A stretch of DNA of 64,000 bases from Felis catus (Eukaryota). The position numbers and the translations under genes were made by a program. The notes below the pieces were generated by a model that worked only from the letters and a program-made list of their open reading frames with translations, was not told the DNA's origin and did no database searches. The stretch spans positions 160,644,001 through 160,708,000 of the forward strand of contig NC_058368.1 of assembly GCF_018350175.1 (NCBI RefSeq), written 5' to 3'. Below, piece after piece: positions 1 through 12,421 of the stretch; within the stretch, counting starts at the first letter, position 1; every line of letters begins with the position of its first letter.

Positions 1-86
1 TAAAGAGTGTTTTTTCTTTTTCATGAAATCAGTTCTTGTGCACCTTTTTTTGTTTTTGCAAATTATTGTATAGCAATAATTGAAAT
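1..86 (-). pseudogene. Pseudo-exon (partial, continues past window edge)
   Basis: Acceptor ggaattttcag|A after an 82-nt GT-AG intron (87-168). Phase-2 join GG|A gives ...EEG FQLLLYNNLQKQKKVHKN*FHEKEKNTL. Confidence 0.6.
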
Positions 87-168
87 CTGAAAATTCCAGT
101 AGAAAGTTAAGACTTAAATCTTAGCTATGTTAGGGATGATTTAGCTTTTATCACACATATTATCATAC

Positions 169-410
169 CCTTCCTCAAATTTGATAAGACTGATTTAAGT
201 TTTAACTGGGATTATCTATTCTCTGTCATTACTGAGAGGGTAATGGTTGAAATAAACTCTTGGTGCAGTTTCCATGTGCTGCTTCTTCTCTCATATTGAG
301 CACCATTTTATGGAGATAAGAATAATATTTGTACTACTGACTCATACTCTTTCTTTGTGAAAATATACCTCAGTAGCAAATTTGCTATTTGTATATAAAT
401 GTATAGTGAG
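169..410 (-). pseudogene. Pseudo-exon (acceptor degraded, start approximate)
   Basis: Donor GAAGG|gtatga at 163-168. Translation includes SKFATEVYFHKE (386-351) and ends IIPVKT*ISLIKFEEG. Confidence 0.55.
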
Positions 411-479
411 TTAGAAGTTGACTTATTTATTTGCATATTTACCCATTTAAGGAGTAAAAATTAATTGCAGAATTTCATT

Positions 480-552
480 AAGTAAAGATGTTATTTTTAG
501 AATTAATTTTCATTTTCTCCAAAATATTTCTTTAAGAAAATTAAGATACATC
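480..552 (-). pseudogene. Probable pseudo-exon, boundaries not recoverable
   Basis: 550-509 translates CILIFLKKYFGENE and lies in the expected order between neighbouring exons. No intact splice sites. Confidence 0.4.
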
Positions 553-749
553 CAATAACCAAATAAGTCACTTTGAATGTTACTGGATGGCGCCCAAACA
601 AAAAGTTTAATTAGATAAGTATATAATTTTTAGTACACACGTATAAATACCTGTCTAATCCATATTGAAATTTATTTATTCAAATAAGGACATTTATATT
701 TCCAAAGACTATTAAGTTAAACTAAATTGTCAGCCACTTAGAAAATTAC

Positions 750-771
750 CTTATGTCAACTCCAAACATTT
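750..771 (-). pseudogene. Small pseudo-exon
   Basis: tttacctcag|AAATGTTTGGAGTTGACATAAG|gtaatt, preceded by a 76-nt GT-AG intron (772-847). Confidence 0.45.
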
Positions 772-847
772 CTGAGGTAAATATTATTTTTTTAAATATT
801 ATTTTTAGTTACTTTTAATATTATTTTCAGTAGACAAAATGACTTAC

Positions 848-929
848 TCAAGGCCATGCCGAAAAGAAATGGTAGAGACAGAAATGGTTGTTCTAACTTT
901 TAGCAGGGTTTTCGAAACATCCAGAATAC
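848..929 (-). pseudogene. Pseudo-exon with degraded Cys/His (CCCH-like) motif
   Basis: catttctactatag|GTATTC...CTTGA|gtaagt, preceded by an 86-nt intron (930-1015). The phase-1 frame is open (SILDVSKTLLKVRTT...HGL), and an alternate frame gives NNHFCLYHFFS. Confidence 0.6.
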
Positions 930-1015
930 CTATAGTAGAAATGTCTCCAGTAGGAGAAAAGAATGCATTTTCCAGTTTGAAATTACTTCTACTCATACTA
1001 ATCCATCAAACTTAC

Positions 1016-2272
1016 TGTCACGAAAGTCAAACAGACATTTTTCATTCTTTATCTTATCTGACCTCCTCTTCCAATGAGGTGCCTCCTTCCTTCTTGAGAC
1101 TCTTAGTATCCATATTGCAACTCTGGGTTTCCTTTGCTAATAAAGTCTTTTCTTCATCTTTTTCACTTTCAGTTTTACAAGTTGTTGTTTTGAGAAAAGG
1201 CCCATTTAATTTTCTCTTGCAATTCTATAAGGAAACTGGCTTTTTGTCAACTTCTAATTTTCTGTCCACCGTATTACTATCCTTGCATTCTGATCCTTCT
1301 CAGTTTAGAGTATGAAAAGAAAGAAATTGTTTTATGCTCCATGAAATGTGGCAGGATTTTAAAGATGACATATTTTCGGTCATTTTATGGTTTCTTTGGA
1401 GACAACCCATCCTGGGGATGCCATGCTTCCTCATGGCAAACATCTGTATCTCTTTTGACTGGACTTCATCCACAGCCCTGGACATCCAGTGATCTTCCAC
1501 CCTTTACCTTATAAGACCTCTTTACCTTTCTAGGAAGCCTTTTGCACAGAACACAAGAGAAGCCTATGCTGTTTGTTTCCTAGGTAGCCTGTGTCTGATT
1601 CAGGGAAATGTGCCAGCATCCTTGCTTCAACCGTCTCTGTGAATGGAGTACTTTCCAGGCCTTTTGTCTGGTGCCACAGTTGTTTCAGCCTATTGGTCTT
1701 TAGATTCCTCTGACACTGTTCCACCTCTCTCCACACTGAAAGAGAAACATACCAAGTCCTTCAAGTAATTGCATTAAACTCTTTTGTCAGAAATTCTTTA
1801 GGGAGGCAACACTCCTTCCTTTTCCTCTGGAAGCCTGGACTCAGAGTTAAATTCTTGCTAAAGACATATTCTTTAAAAATATTATCTCCCCTCACCCTTT
1901 CATACCATTTGGATATGCAGCATTTCTATGGTTATTTAAAATCTAGTTTACCTTCTCTTAGAGTTTTTTGTGTCTTGCAATATAACTTATTTAGAATGTG
2001 CCTCATCCAATATCTTTATTTTACATTTGATTATAGTAAATAAAAAGAAATTTATGAGTAAAGGAATATCTCAATTTATTTCCCAATTCCTTCTTTTGTG
2101 AATGTTCTTCCATCCTTTCTGTTTATGAGGCAGTGAACAAAAGGATTTTCTGTTAATGCTGATGTTTTTCAGAATTTGTTAATCTCTTTGAAGACAAAAG
2201 CTGCAGTAGTAAACTCAAAGACACTCGGGAGCAACATTTGAAGTGGGGTTGTTGATACAGAGTCAGGAACAC
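1016..2272 (-). pseudogene. Large (1257 nt) pseudo-exon, phase 1-1
   Basis: Acceptor aatttcttatag|GT and donor GACA|gtaagt. One frame from 2270 to 1533 has about 8 stops in 246 codons (includes ORF 1530..1736). It shifts into the frame of ORF 1300..1500 and a K/E-rich tract (KTESEKDEEKTLLAKE), then returns to the starting frame (KNEKCLFDFRD). Confidence 0.7.
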
Positions 2273-2774
2273 CTATAAGAAATTCAGGAGTCCCTGAGCT
2301 AACATGAAAGAGCACAGAATTTGTATTCATAGACTATCCCCACTTTTATCTTTTCACAATTAATACTTAACTTGTCTATGATATAAAAATATTTCAAGAA
2401 AATTTAGAAAAAAATACATTTTAATGAGTACTTTTATATTTTAAAGTTAAAGTAAATATTAATGAAGCATAACAGTTGTAACCAAGTATAGGTTATTAGG
2501 TAACTAGTCTCCAATATTATTATTAACATCATCATCATTGTCCCAATTTGCACTGGACATACAAGTATTAGAATATACTAGATGCAACAACAAGAGTTAA
2601 TATATCAGGAACAGACATCTGTTTATTTAGTTTTGTCCCTAATAGCATTATTAGAATACTTCAGTTCATTCATAGTTCCGTTTACTCATGTTTTTTTTTT
2701 TTAAAGAAAACAGATTTAACTCCTGTTAGATAACTCCTGTTATCTAATTAGTATGGCCGTATATTTAAATAAAA

Positions 2775-5700
2775 ATAATGAAAAGAAGGTTTCCAAATAT
2801 GTAGCCAAGATTGCCAGTAAGGCTGTCATTCAGAAGAGATGAAGAGATAAACAGTTTCCAAAACAAGCAAAAACTAAAGGAGTTCATGAACATTAAACCA
2901 TGTCGGCAAGATTATTGAAGGGGAAACTTTGAATGGGTAAGAGTGATCAAAAGCAAAAAAGACTAGAAAGCAACAGAGAAAATATACAGGAACAGCAAAT
3001 TTATAGGTAAACAATGCCACTAAATTCATATCTATTGATAATTACTCTGGAGGTAAATGGACTAAAGGTTCCATTCAAAAGACATAGGGTGTTAGAATGT
3101 ATATGAAAACGAGACCCATCTATATGCTACTTACAAGAGACTCATTTTAGGCCTAAAGACACCTGCATATTGAAAATAAGGTGGTAGAGAACCATTTACC
3201 ATGGTCACAGATGTCAAAAGAAAGCCAGAGTATCCATACATACATCAGACAAACTAGATTTTAAACCAAAGACTCTAATAGGAGATGAAAAAGGCACTAT
3301 ATCATAATAAAGGGGTCTATCCAACAAGAGGATCTAACAATTGTAAATATTTATGCTCCCAACTTGGAAGAAGCTAAATATATAAATCCATTAATAACAG
3401 ACTTAAAGAAACTCATTGATAAAAATACAGCAATAGTAGGGGTGTTTAGCACTCTACTTACAACAATGGACAGATTATCTAAGCAGAAGATCAACAAGGA
3501 AACAATGGCTTTGAATGACACACTGGGCCAAATGGACTTAACAGATGGATGTATTGCGAGATTTCTTCCTAAAGCAGTAGAAAACACATTCTTTTCAAGT
3601 ACACATGGAACATTCTCCAGAACAGATCACATATGCAGTCACACATCAAGCCTCAACCAGTAGAAAAAGACTGAGATTATACCATGCATATTTTCAGACC
3701 AGAATACTATGAAACTTGAAGTCAACCACAAGAAAAATGGTTGAAATGACCACAAATACATGGAGGTTAAAGAACATCCTACTAAAGAATGAATGTGTTA
3801 ATCAGGAAATTAAATAAGAAATAAAAAATGTATTTATGTATATATATGGAAGCAAATGAAAATGGAAACACAATAGTCCAAAACCTTTGGGATATAGCAA
3901 AGGCAGTCATAAGAGGTCATATATAGAAGTACAGGTCTTCCTCAAGAAGCAAGGAGAGGCTCAAATACACAATCTAATCTGAAACCGAGGGAGCTGAAAA
4001 AAGTATAGTAAATAAGGTGCAAAACCAACAGAAGAAGGGAAATAATAAAGATTAGAGCATAAATCAATGATATCAAAAATAAATAAAAAAAACAGTAGGA
4101 TGTTCAGTGATATTAAGAGCTGGTGCTTTGAAAGAGTAACAAAATTTATAAACACCTAGCCAGACTTAACAAAAAGAAAAGAGAAAGGACACATATAAAA
4201 AAACCACAAATGAAGGAAGAGAGATCACAAATAACATCAGAGAAATTCAGGCCATTGTGAGAGAATATTATGAGCAGTTATATGCCAAAAAATTGTACAA
4301 TCTGGAAGAAATGTATAAATTCCTGGAAACATAGAAACTACCAAAACTAAAAGAGGAAGAAATAGAAAATTTGAACATACCCATAACCAGTAAAGAAATT
4401 GAATCAGTAATCAAAAAATCTCCCAATGAATAAGAGTCCAGGGCTGGATGGCTTCCCAGGGAATTCTACCATACATTTAAAGAAAAAATTAATAACTACT
4501 CTTCTGAAACTGTTCAGAAAAATATAGAAATGAAACTGTTCAAAAAAATATATAGAAAATATAGAAAGAAAAACTACCAAACTCATTCTATGAGGCCAGC
4601 ATTACCTTGATTCCAAAATCAAAGATCCCACTAAAAAGGAGAATTACAGACCAATATCCCTGATGAACATGTATGCAAAAATTCTCAACAAGATACTAGC
4701 AAATTGAATCCAATAGTACATTAAAAAAATTATTCACCATGAACAAGTGGGATTTATACCTGAGCTGCAGGGCTGTTTCAATATCCACAAATCAATCAAT
4801 ATGATATACCACATTAATAAAAGAAAGAATAGGAAGTATATGATCCTCTCAATAGAAGGAGAAAAAATCTTTGACAAAATACAGCATCCTTTCTTGATAA
4901 AAACCATGAAAAAAGTAGGGATAAAAGGACCTCAACATCATAAAGGCCATATATTAAAGACCCACAGCTAATCACCCTCAATGAGGAAAAACTGAGAGCC
5001 TTTCCCCTAAGGAGAGGAACACAGCAGGGATGTCCACAGTTATCACTGTTGCTTAACATAGTACTGGAAGTCCTAGCCTAGCAATCAGACAATGAAAAGA
5101 ATTAAAAGACATTCAAATTGGCAAGGAAGAAGTCAAATTTTCACTCTTTGCAGATGACATAATACTCTGTAGAAAACCTGAAAGACTCCACTAAAAAATT
5201 TCTAGAACTGATACGTGAATTCAGCAAAGTCACAGGATATGTCAATGTACAGAAATCTCTTGAATTTCTATACACCGATAATGAAGCAACAGAAAGGAAA
5301 GTGAAGGAATTGATCCCATTTACAATTGTACCAAAACCATAAGATACCTAGGAATAAACCTAATGAAAGAGGTAAAATATCTGTACACTAATAACTATAG
5401 AACACTTATGAAAAAAATTGGGACAACACCAAGAAATGGAAGAACATTCCCAGCTCATGGATTAGAAGAACAAATTATTATTGGAATGTCTATACTACCC
5501 AAAGCAATCTACACATTCAGTGCGATCCCTATCAAAATAACACCAACATGCTTCACAGAGCTAGATCAAACAATTATAAAATTAATATGGAACCAGAAAA
5601 GACCCCAAATAGCCAAAGTCATTTTGAAAAGCTGAAGGCATCACAATTCTGGACTTTGTGCTATATTACAAGGCTGTAATCATCAAGACAGTATGGTACT

Positions 5701-6674
5701 GGCACCAAAACAGATGCATAGACCAGTGAAACAGAATAGAGAACCCAGAAATGGATCCAAAACTATATGGTCAGCTCATCTTCAACAAAGCAGGAAAGAA
5801 TATCCAATGGGAAAAAGACAGTCTCTTCAACAAATGGTGCGGGGAAAACCAGACAGTGACATGCAGAAGAATGAAACTTGGCTACATTCTTACACCCTAC
5901 ACAAAATAAAGTCAAAATGGATGGAAGATCTAGATGTGAAGAAACCATCAAAATTCTAGAGGAGAACGAAGGCAGCAACCTCTTTGACCTCAGCTGGAAC
6001 AGCTTCTTAACTAGACACATCTCCAGAGGCAAGGGAAACAGAAAAAAATGAATGACTGGAACTTCATCAAGATAAAAAAAAAAAAAAAAAAACTTCTGCA
6101 CAGTGAAGGAAACAATCAACAGAACTAAAAGCAGCCTGAAAAATGGGAGAAGATATTTGCAAAAGACATATCTGATAAAGGGCCAGTATCCAAAATCTAG
6201 TAAGAACTTATCAAACTCAATACCCAAAAAGCCAATAATCCAGTGAAGAAATGGGCAGAAGACGTGGACAAACATTTCTCCAAAGAAGACATCCAGATGG
6301 TTAATAGACACATGAAAAGATGCTCAGCATCACTCATCATTAAGGAAATACAAATCAAAACCACAATGAGATACCACGTCATACCTGTAAGAATTAACAG
6401 CTCAGAAAATAACAGATTTTAATGAGGATGCAGCAAAAGGGGAACCCTCTTGCATTGCTAGTGGGAATGCAAACTGGTGCAGCCACTCTGGAAAACAGTA
6501 TGGAGGTTCCTCAGAGAGTTAAAAATAGAACTACCCTTCAACCCAGCAGCTGCACTACTCAATATTTATCCAAAGGATGCAAAAATACTGATTTTAATGG
6601 GCACATGCACTCTAATGTTTACAGCACTACTATGAACAACAGCCAAATTATGGAATAATTTGTAATAATATAAT

Positions 6675-6725
<51 letters not shown>

Positions 6726-7140
6726 TATTAGCGATCAAAAAGAATAAAATCTTGCCATTTTTAATGATGTGGAGGGAACTAGAGTGTATCATGCTAGGCA
6801 AAATAAGTCAGAGAGAGACAAATACCATATGATGTCACTCATATGTGGAATTTAGAAAACAAAACTGATGAACATAGGAGAAGGGAAGGAAAAAATAAAA
6901 TAAGATAAGAACACAGAGGGAGGCAAACCGTAAAAGACTCAACTATAGAGAACAAACTGAGGGTTGCTGGAGGGGAGGTGAGTGGGTGATGCATCAAATG
7001 GGTGATGGGCATTAAGGAGGGTACTTGTTGGGATGAGCACTGGGTGTTACACCTAAGAGATAAGTCATTAAATTCTACTCCTGAAACCAATGCTATACTA
7101 TATGTTAACTAACTTGAATTTAAATAACATCTCAGGGGAA
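2775..7140 (+). mobile_element. 5'-truncated carnivore LINE-1 (end of ORF1, disrupted ORF2, 3'UTR)
   Basis: Endonuclease fragments (ORF 3364..3663), RT FADD motif at ~5147-5158, C-terminal fragments and carnivore-type 3'UTR. Many stops and frameshifts, a local tandem duplication at ~4505-4565, and (TA)n(CA)n at ~6676-6725. Confidence 0.97.
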
Positions 7141-7149
7141 AAAATAGCT

Positions 7150-7340
7150 TCCTGTTATTGATCCCATGTCAGGTACTCATCTAAGAGCTTTGACTGCATC
7201 ACCCCATCTAATTCCAGAAATCAATAAGATAGTTACTAGTACTATTTCCATTTTACATGAGGAAACTGAGGCTTACTGAGTTTAGCACATTGTTGAAGAT
7301 TACACATATGGTTGAGTGGGGAAGTAGGATCTCATGCTTG
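7150..7340 (-). mobile_element. MIR SINE
   Basis: ccattttacatgaggaaactgaggc core. Confidence 0.8.
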
Positions 7341-7427
7341 TTTTATATGTGGGCACAGCACATTTAGTGACTACAAAACTCTGAATATAATTCCCTATGA
7401 CATTTGTTGTTCAGAAACACTTCATAT

Positions 7428-7497
7428 ATTTTTTGAATATTTCTTTATTTTGAGAGAGAGAGAGAACCCATGCATGTGCATGAGCGGGGGAGGGCAA

Positions 7498-7530
<33 letters not shown>

Positions 7531-7658
7531 ATACCATGCAAGCTTCATGCTGTCAGCATAGAGCCCAACACAGGGCTCAAACTCACAAACTGTTGGATCA
7601 TGACCTGAGCCGAAACCAAGAGTTGGATGCCTAACTGACTGAGCTGCCCTGGCACCTG
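7428..7658 (-). mobile_element. Can-SINE
   Basis: tRNA-like head, (GA)n, tail. TSD acacttcatat at 7417-7427 and 7659-7669. Confidence 0.95.
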
Positions 7659-7938
7659 ACACTTCATATTAATGTCAGGGTGTTTGTTGTAAGGATATTT
7701 TTAAAAGTTGAATTTATACTAAATTATCTTACCAAATTATGCAGATAATTTTTGCTTTTTAGCACAAAGGAAAATTTATATAATCAGACATCCACCTATA
7801 TGTCTATACACATAGTTGTAGGAAAACAGGTCCTGCCAATATATTTCATTCATTTTTTAAAATTCAAGATAAAGTTGAATTGATATTTTGCAAGGTGTAA
7901 TAAGTATACTTATTAATCAAATACCCAAATTATTCTGT

Positions 7939-7940
<2 letters not shown>

Positions 7941-8027
<87 letters not shown>

Positions 8028-8029
8028 CA
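7941..8029. repeat. (TA)n(CA)n microsatellite
   Basis: Direct reading. Confidence 0.97.
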
Positions 8030-8951
8030 TTGGTCCCATTAACATGAATGAGAAATAAAAGTCTGGGGAAATATGACTTAGTCAACATTGTGCAAATGAA
8101 AAATTAGGTTCTGTTTCAATCACTTGAGCTGAAAGAGTTTACAGAGTTCTAATAATACCTGCAACATTTACATCTGATCTGAATCATGTTTAGTTCTGGT
8201 GTATAAAGCAGGGAAGCTAATGTGACACTGTAGGGGGAAAATCCACATAATGAGTGATCAGAGAGCCTAAAGGGCTCCTATTATATGTCTTAGATTTCAT
8301 TTTACTTCTCATTTATGTGTAGCAATGAGGTGTGAAAATTGTTCTTTGGTTGTCTTAAGTATCTGTAAACTGCATCACACCACACTTCTTTACTACTTAA
8401 TGGGAATGAGTGAGATTCACTTTACAATTAATTCCTGCATTTAAACGAAAAAAAGGTGATACCCAAATGATGTTAAACTTCCTGTTCAAGTGAGGTTTTC
8501 CAGTGAATGATTCATTAGTTCTTTCAAGTCTAGTTAGCAGTAACTTCTTTTTTGTAAGATTCTTTTTTTTCTTTTTTTTTTTTACACTGAAGAGCTTTCC
8601 AAGTACACAGTTGTACAAATTATACCCAGTAAAGATGAAATCATCTAATGGAATATATTTCACTGGAGTGATAGGTAGTCAGACCAATATCCAGTGATAA
8701 TGTTTCTAGATCTAGTTTAGGGGCAATGTGAAATTCTCACCCAATAAAGAACTAAAAAACATGCGGTTTTTACTGTTGCTATTACTAAATAAAGTCCTTT
8801 GCCATGTCTAATCTCTAGAATTCATTCATAGGTATTAAATTTGTGGTTTATTGACTCTTTTCATTTCAAAAGAGATTAATAAATTTTTGCTGAATTACTG
8901 AGTTCTTGATCCTAAGAAAATGAGGATTTCAATCCCTTTACAGATGGTCAG

Positions 8952-9324
8952 TATTATGGATTGCCTGTTTATCCCCCCCTTCCTTTTGCCCCCCCCATTC
9001 ATATTTTGAAACCTTCAACTTCAATGTGATTGTGTTTGGAGATGGAGCATAGGAGTGGTGGTTAGATTTAAATGAGGTCATGAAAGTGAAGCCCTCAGGA
9101 TGAAATTAGTACATTTCTAAAATAAAGAGACTAGAACTCACTCTGTAGGCCCAATGAAGATGTGGCTATCTATAAACCAGGAAGTGGGCTCTCACAGGAC
9201 ATTGCATTTTCTGCTAACTTGATCTTGGACTTTCCAGCCTCTAGTATTATGAAAAATAAATATCTGTTGTTTAAGCCACCCAGTCTATGGTATTTTGCTA
9301 TAGCTCTTCAAACTGACTAAAATA
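8952..9324 (+). mobile_element. MaLR (MLT1-type) solo LTR
   Basis: Typical tail gatcttggactttccagcctct...aataaatatctgttgtttaagccacccagtctatggtatttt. Confidence 0.88.
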
Positions 9325-9974
9325 ATCAACTTCAATTAGATTACTCTTCTACCTTTCTGCTGTGTTGGCAAAAGTATTTAATTAGACCTTGAGAATTCAG
9401 AGTAATAGTCAATCTCTATAATATTTCTTTAAGAGAAACTTAAAGCTGTCAGTACAGAAGCAATTACAGTAGTAATGCAGAGTGGTATCATCTCTTTTTT
9501 CCAAGAAGACCTCTCTGTTTATAAATTCACACAAACAACTTTTTGAGGTCATATTTGAACCAAGTGCTGCTTGTTCTTTATGACTGGGAGGCTTCTAAAA
9601 GGTTGAAAAGCTTATCACTAAGCAGTATTATTATAATTCCATTTCTATTTTTGCTCTTCTGTTTTTCACAGTGTGGCTACAATTAAATATTGTCTATTAT
9701 CTTCTACAATGCTAAACATGGGCAGATAGCTTAGGATCCATATCTGCAACAGGCTGAAAAGGCTCTTCTGTATTCATCCGAGTTTAAAGGTATAATGAGA
9801 AATGTTTGTAAGGCTTTAAGGCGATAACATAAATTTAAATGATGTTTGGAATTACTGCCCTTTTCATCCCACTGCTCCATATCTTCTCATGATTATGCCA
9901 AAAATTACTTTATTTAAAAGAATAATACCTTGTCAAAGAAGTGACTTTGTCAAGTGTCAAAGAAGTATGTTCTT

Positions 9975-10039
9975 CTTTTTTATTTTTTAAGCTTATTTAT
10001 TTATTTTGAGAAAGAGTAACAGAGGGTGCAAGCAAGGAG

Positions 10040-10101
<62 letters not shown>

Positions 10102-10230
10102 AATGAGAATATCCCAAGCAGGCTCCATAGCTGTTAACACACAGAGCCTAACCCAGGGCTTGAACCCATGAACCGTGAGGTCATGAAACAGAGAGTCAGA
10201 TGTTCAACCACTGAGCCACCCGGATGTACC
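9975..10230 (-). mobile_element. Can-SINE with long (GA)n
   Basis: TSD agaagta(t/a)gttctt at 9961-9974 and 10231-10244. Confidence 0.95.
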
Positions 10231-10248
10231 AGAAGTAAGTTCTTTGTT

Positions 10249-10467
10249 GGGGCGCCTGGGTGGCTCAGTCGGTTAAGCGGCCGACTTCGGCTCAGGTCAC
10301 CATCTTGCGGTCCGTGAGTTCGAGCCCCGCGTCGGTCTCTGTGCTGACAGCTCAGAGCCTGGAGCCTGTTTCAGATTCTGTGTCTCCCTCTCTCTGACCC
10401 TCCCCTGTTCATGCTCTGTCTGTCCCTGTCTCAAAAATAAATGAAAACATTAAAAAATTAAAAAAAA
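10249..10467 (+). mobile_element. Young feline-type Can-SINE
   Basis: CpG-rich, near-consensus. TSD aagtaagttctttgtt at 10233-10248 and 10468-10483. Confidence 0.97.
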
Positions 10468-10840
10468 AAGTAAGTTCTTTGTTAAAGGAATCAAAATTCT
10501 TTTTCCTAGACTTTTCCTCCCAAGATCTCACAGGTATATTACAATCCTAAATTATATCAAATGCTGTTAAATAAATACTCTTTCTCAAAACATGTGGGAG
10601 TCCATCTTTAAAAAGTCTGAAGACCCTAATAAAAAATATGTATATTTGAACAATCTTTACTAATAAGAATTGAGAAATGTTTATAAATAGTTTTTTCTCA
10701 ATTGCTCCAAAGGCAGTTTTTTGTTAGTTTAGAGTAATAAATATTACATTTTAAAATATTAAACGATTTTTTCACAAAGATATTCAGAAATAAATACGTG
10801 CTCTCATCTTCATCAAAATGCATATTTACAGTAAACTTAC

Positions 10841-12083
10841 CCTTCTTTTAGACAGAGCTTGGGAATAACACAGTAAAGGACACATTGCCCCACTGTTTTG
10901 TTAGGAAGACAAAGAAAACCCTGGATTTTTTCCTCAACTTCCAAAACACAGGTTCATTTAATGAATCTATGTCTTTGAATAGGCCATCTCCTAAATTCAA
11001 ACTGTGCAGTTTTTCTCTAAATATTAATCTATTGTCTGTAATATGCTAATTATGCTATGCCAATGTTTGCAAGTAATTTGGGGGAATTATAAAATGCACT
11101 CTGCTAGCTAGTTAAAATATGTTCTCCAAGACTTCCTATTCAGTGGCATTTTCTTTTCCATCACAATTATTCAAGAACCTATTTCATAATATTTTGCCAC
11201 CTTCTCTTCCAGTCACCACAGTTACCCAAATATTATACTTTTTCTCCCTGTAGACATGATAAATACCCTTTTCTTTGTAGATGAGTTGTTTCCATCCTCT
11301 ATCCCTTCCTCTTATATTTTGTAGGCTTAATATTCCATCTAAACTATTCATAGGTGATAATGAAAGTGCATAGCATGTAATGATTTGTAGTTTTGCTGAA
11401 ATCTAGTATGAACCATGTGCATTGTGAACTGATACGGTGGAGCACATCTTTGGGCTAGTTACAGTAGTTAATGGAGTCCTCAGTAACTGACTTTCGTGTA
11501 CTGTTTTTGTTTCTTTTATAAACTAGTCTTCCTAAAGTTATTTTTTTAAGAAGGGAGGGAACTTTGATTCTTTCTTAATATAGCCATAAAATGAAAGCTA
11601 AAAGTTATTACCATAAACTGTAGGTATTTTTTAAATCATTTACGTTAACTCCCATAAACCATCAAGGTAGAGTCCTATTTTAGTTCTCTAGAAAATAGTA
11701 TTTAATTTAATTCAGTACTGTAGCTCAGTCCTTACAAAAACAGGAGGTTTTCCTTTTTTTTTTCCTTTTTTTTAGGGTTCACTTCAGATGAAAATGCTCT
11801 CCTTATGGCCATCTAATAAGTGAACCACACCTCTGTATTCTGGATGGTCTCTAAGAGAACCCTTCAAAGAGCCTTTATTGTGATTCTGAGCAAATAGCCC
11901 ATCCATCAATTGCTTTCTTATCTTTGTTGACATGATCAACGTTCCTCTTCCTTTTCCTGAAAAAGTATTTTTTTAGTAATTTTCTTTCAATAGTTAATTT
12001 ATTTCATCATGAGATTAACTGTATACTGCGATTGATTCTGAGTATATTATTTTAAAGTGGATTCAGTGGAGCTGAGGAAATGC
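10841..12083 (-). pseudogene. Large (1243 nt) pseudo-exon, phase 0-1
   Basis: Acceptor tccatttttgtttcag|G and donor AAGG|gtaagt. Three stop-free stretches of 62, 72 and 65 codons share one frame, the frame that links both neighbouring exons. About 21 stops in total. Confidence 0.72.
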
Positions 12084-12226
12084 CTGAAACAAAAATGGAC
12101 AAGGGACATAAAGTTATTGCTTCTGGAGAATAAATTATTTTTCCTTTTGCCTCTACAGGGTTTAAAAATAAATGTGTAAAAAATTTGTCCCAGACAGAAA
12201 ATTTTGGTGATTAGAAAAGAGAGGCT

Positions 12227-12421
12227 GGGGCACCTGAGTGGCTCAGTCAATTTGGGCTCAGGTTATGTGAGATTAAGCCCCACCTTGCATTCTGTGCTTG
12301 TTGTGGAGCCTACTTGAGATTTTCTCTCTCTCTCTCTCTCTCTCTCTTCACCCCCCACCCCATGCCCCTCTTCTCTGCTCCCACGTGCTTTCTCTCTCTC
12401 AAATAAACATTAAACAACAAA
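12227..12421 (+). mobile_element. Can-SINE (older type)
   Basis: TSD agaaaagagaggct at 12213-12226 and 12422-12435. Confidence 0.93.

Noticed and set aside
374..387. 14-bp palindrome tagcaaatttgcta (and gatatctagatatc at ~30369)
   Set aside because: Several palindromes of this length are expected by chance in 64 kb of AT-rich DNA.
839..1315. 158-aa plus-strand ORF
   Set aside because: S/L/F-rich with no recognisable family or supporting gene structure. Best explained as the antisense by-product of the purine-rich minus-strand pseudo-exons.
1735..1750. Strong minus-strand acceptor tttctctttcag at 1736
   Set aside because: The same reading frame continues upstream to the acceptor at 2272, so I treated it as internal. 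It could still be a cryptic acceptor.
10249..10330. tRNA gene (A and B boxes)
   Set aside because: This is the tRNA-derived head of a Can-SINE, followed by the CT tract, A tail and TSD. The same applies to the other copies.
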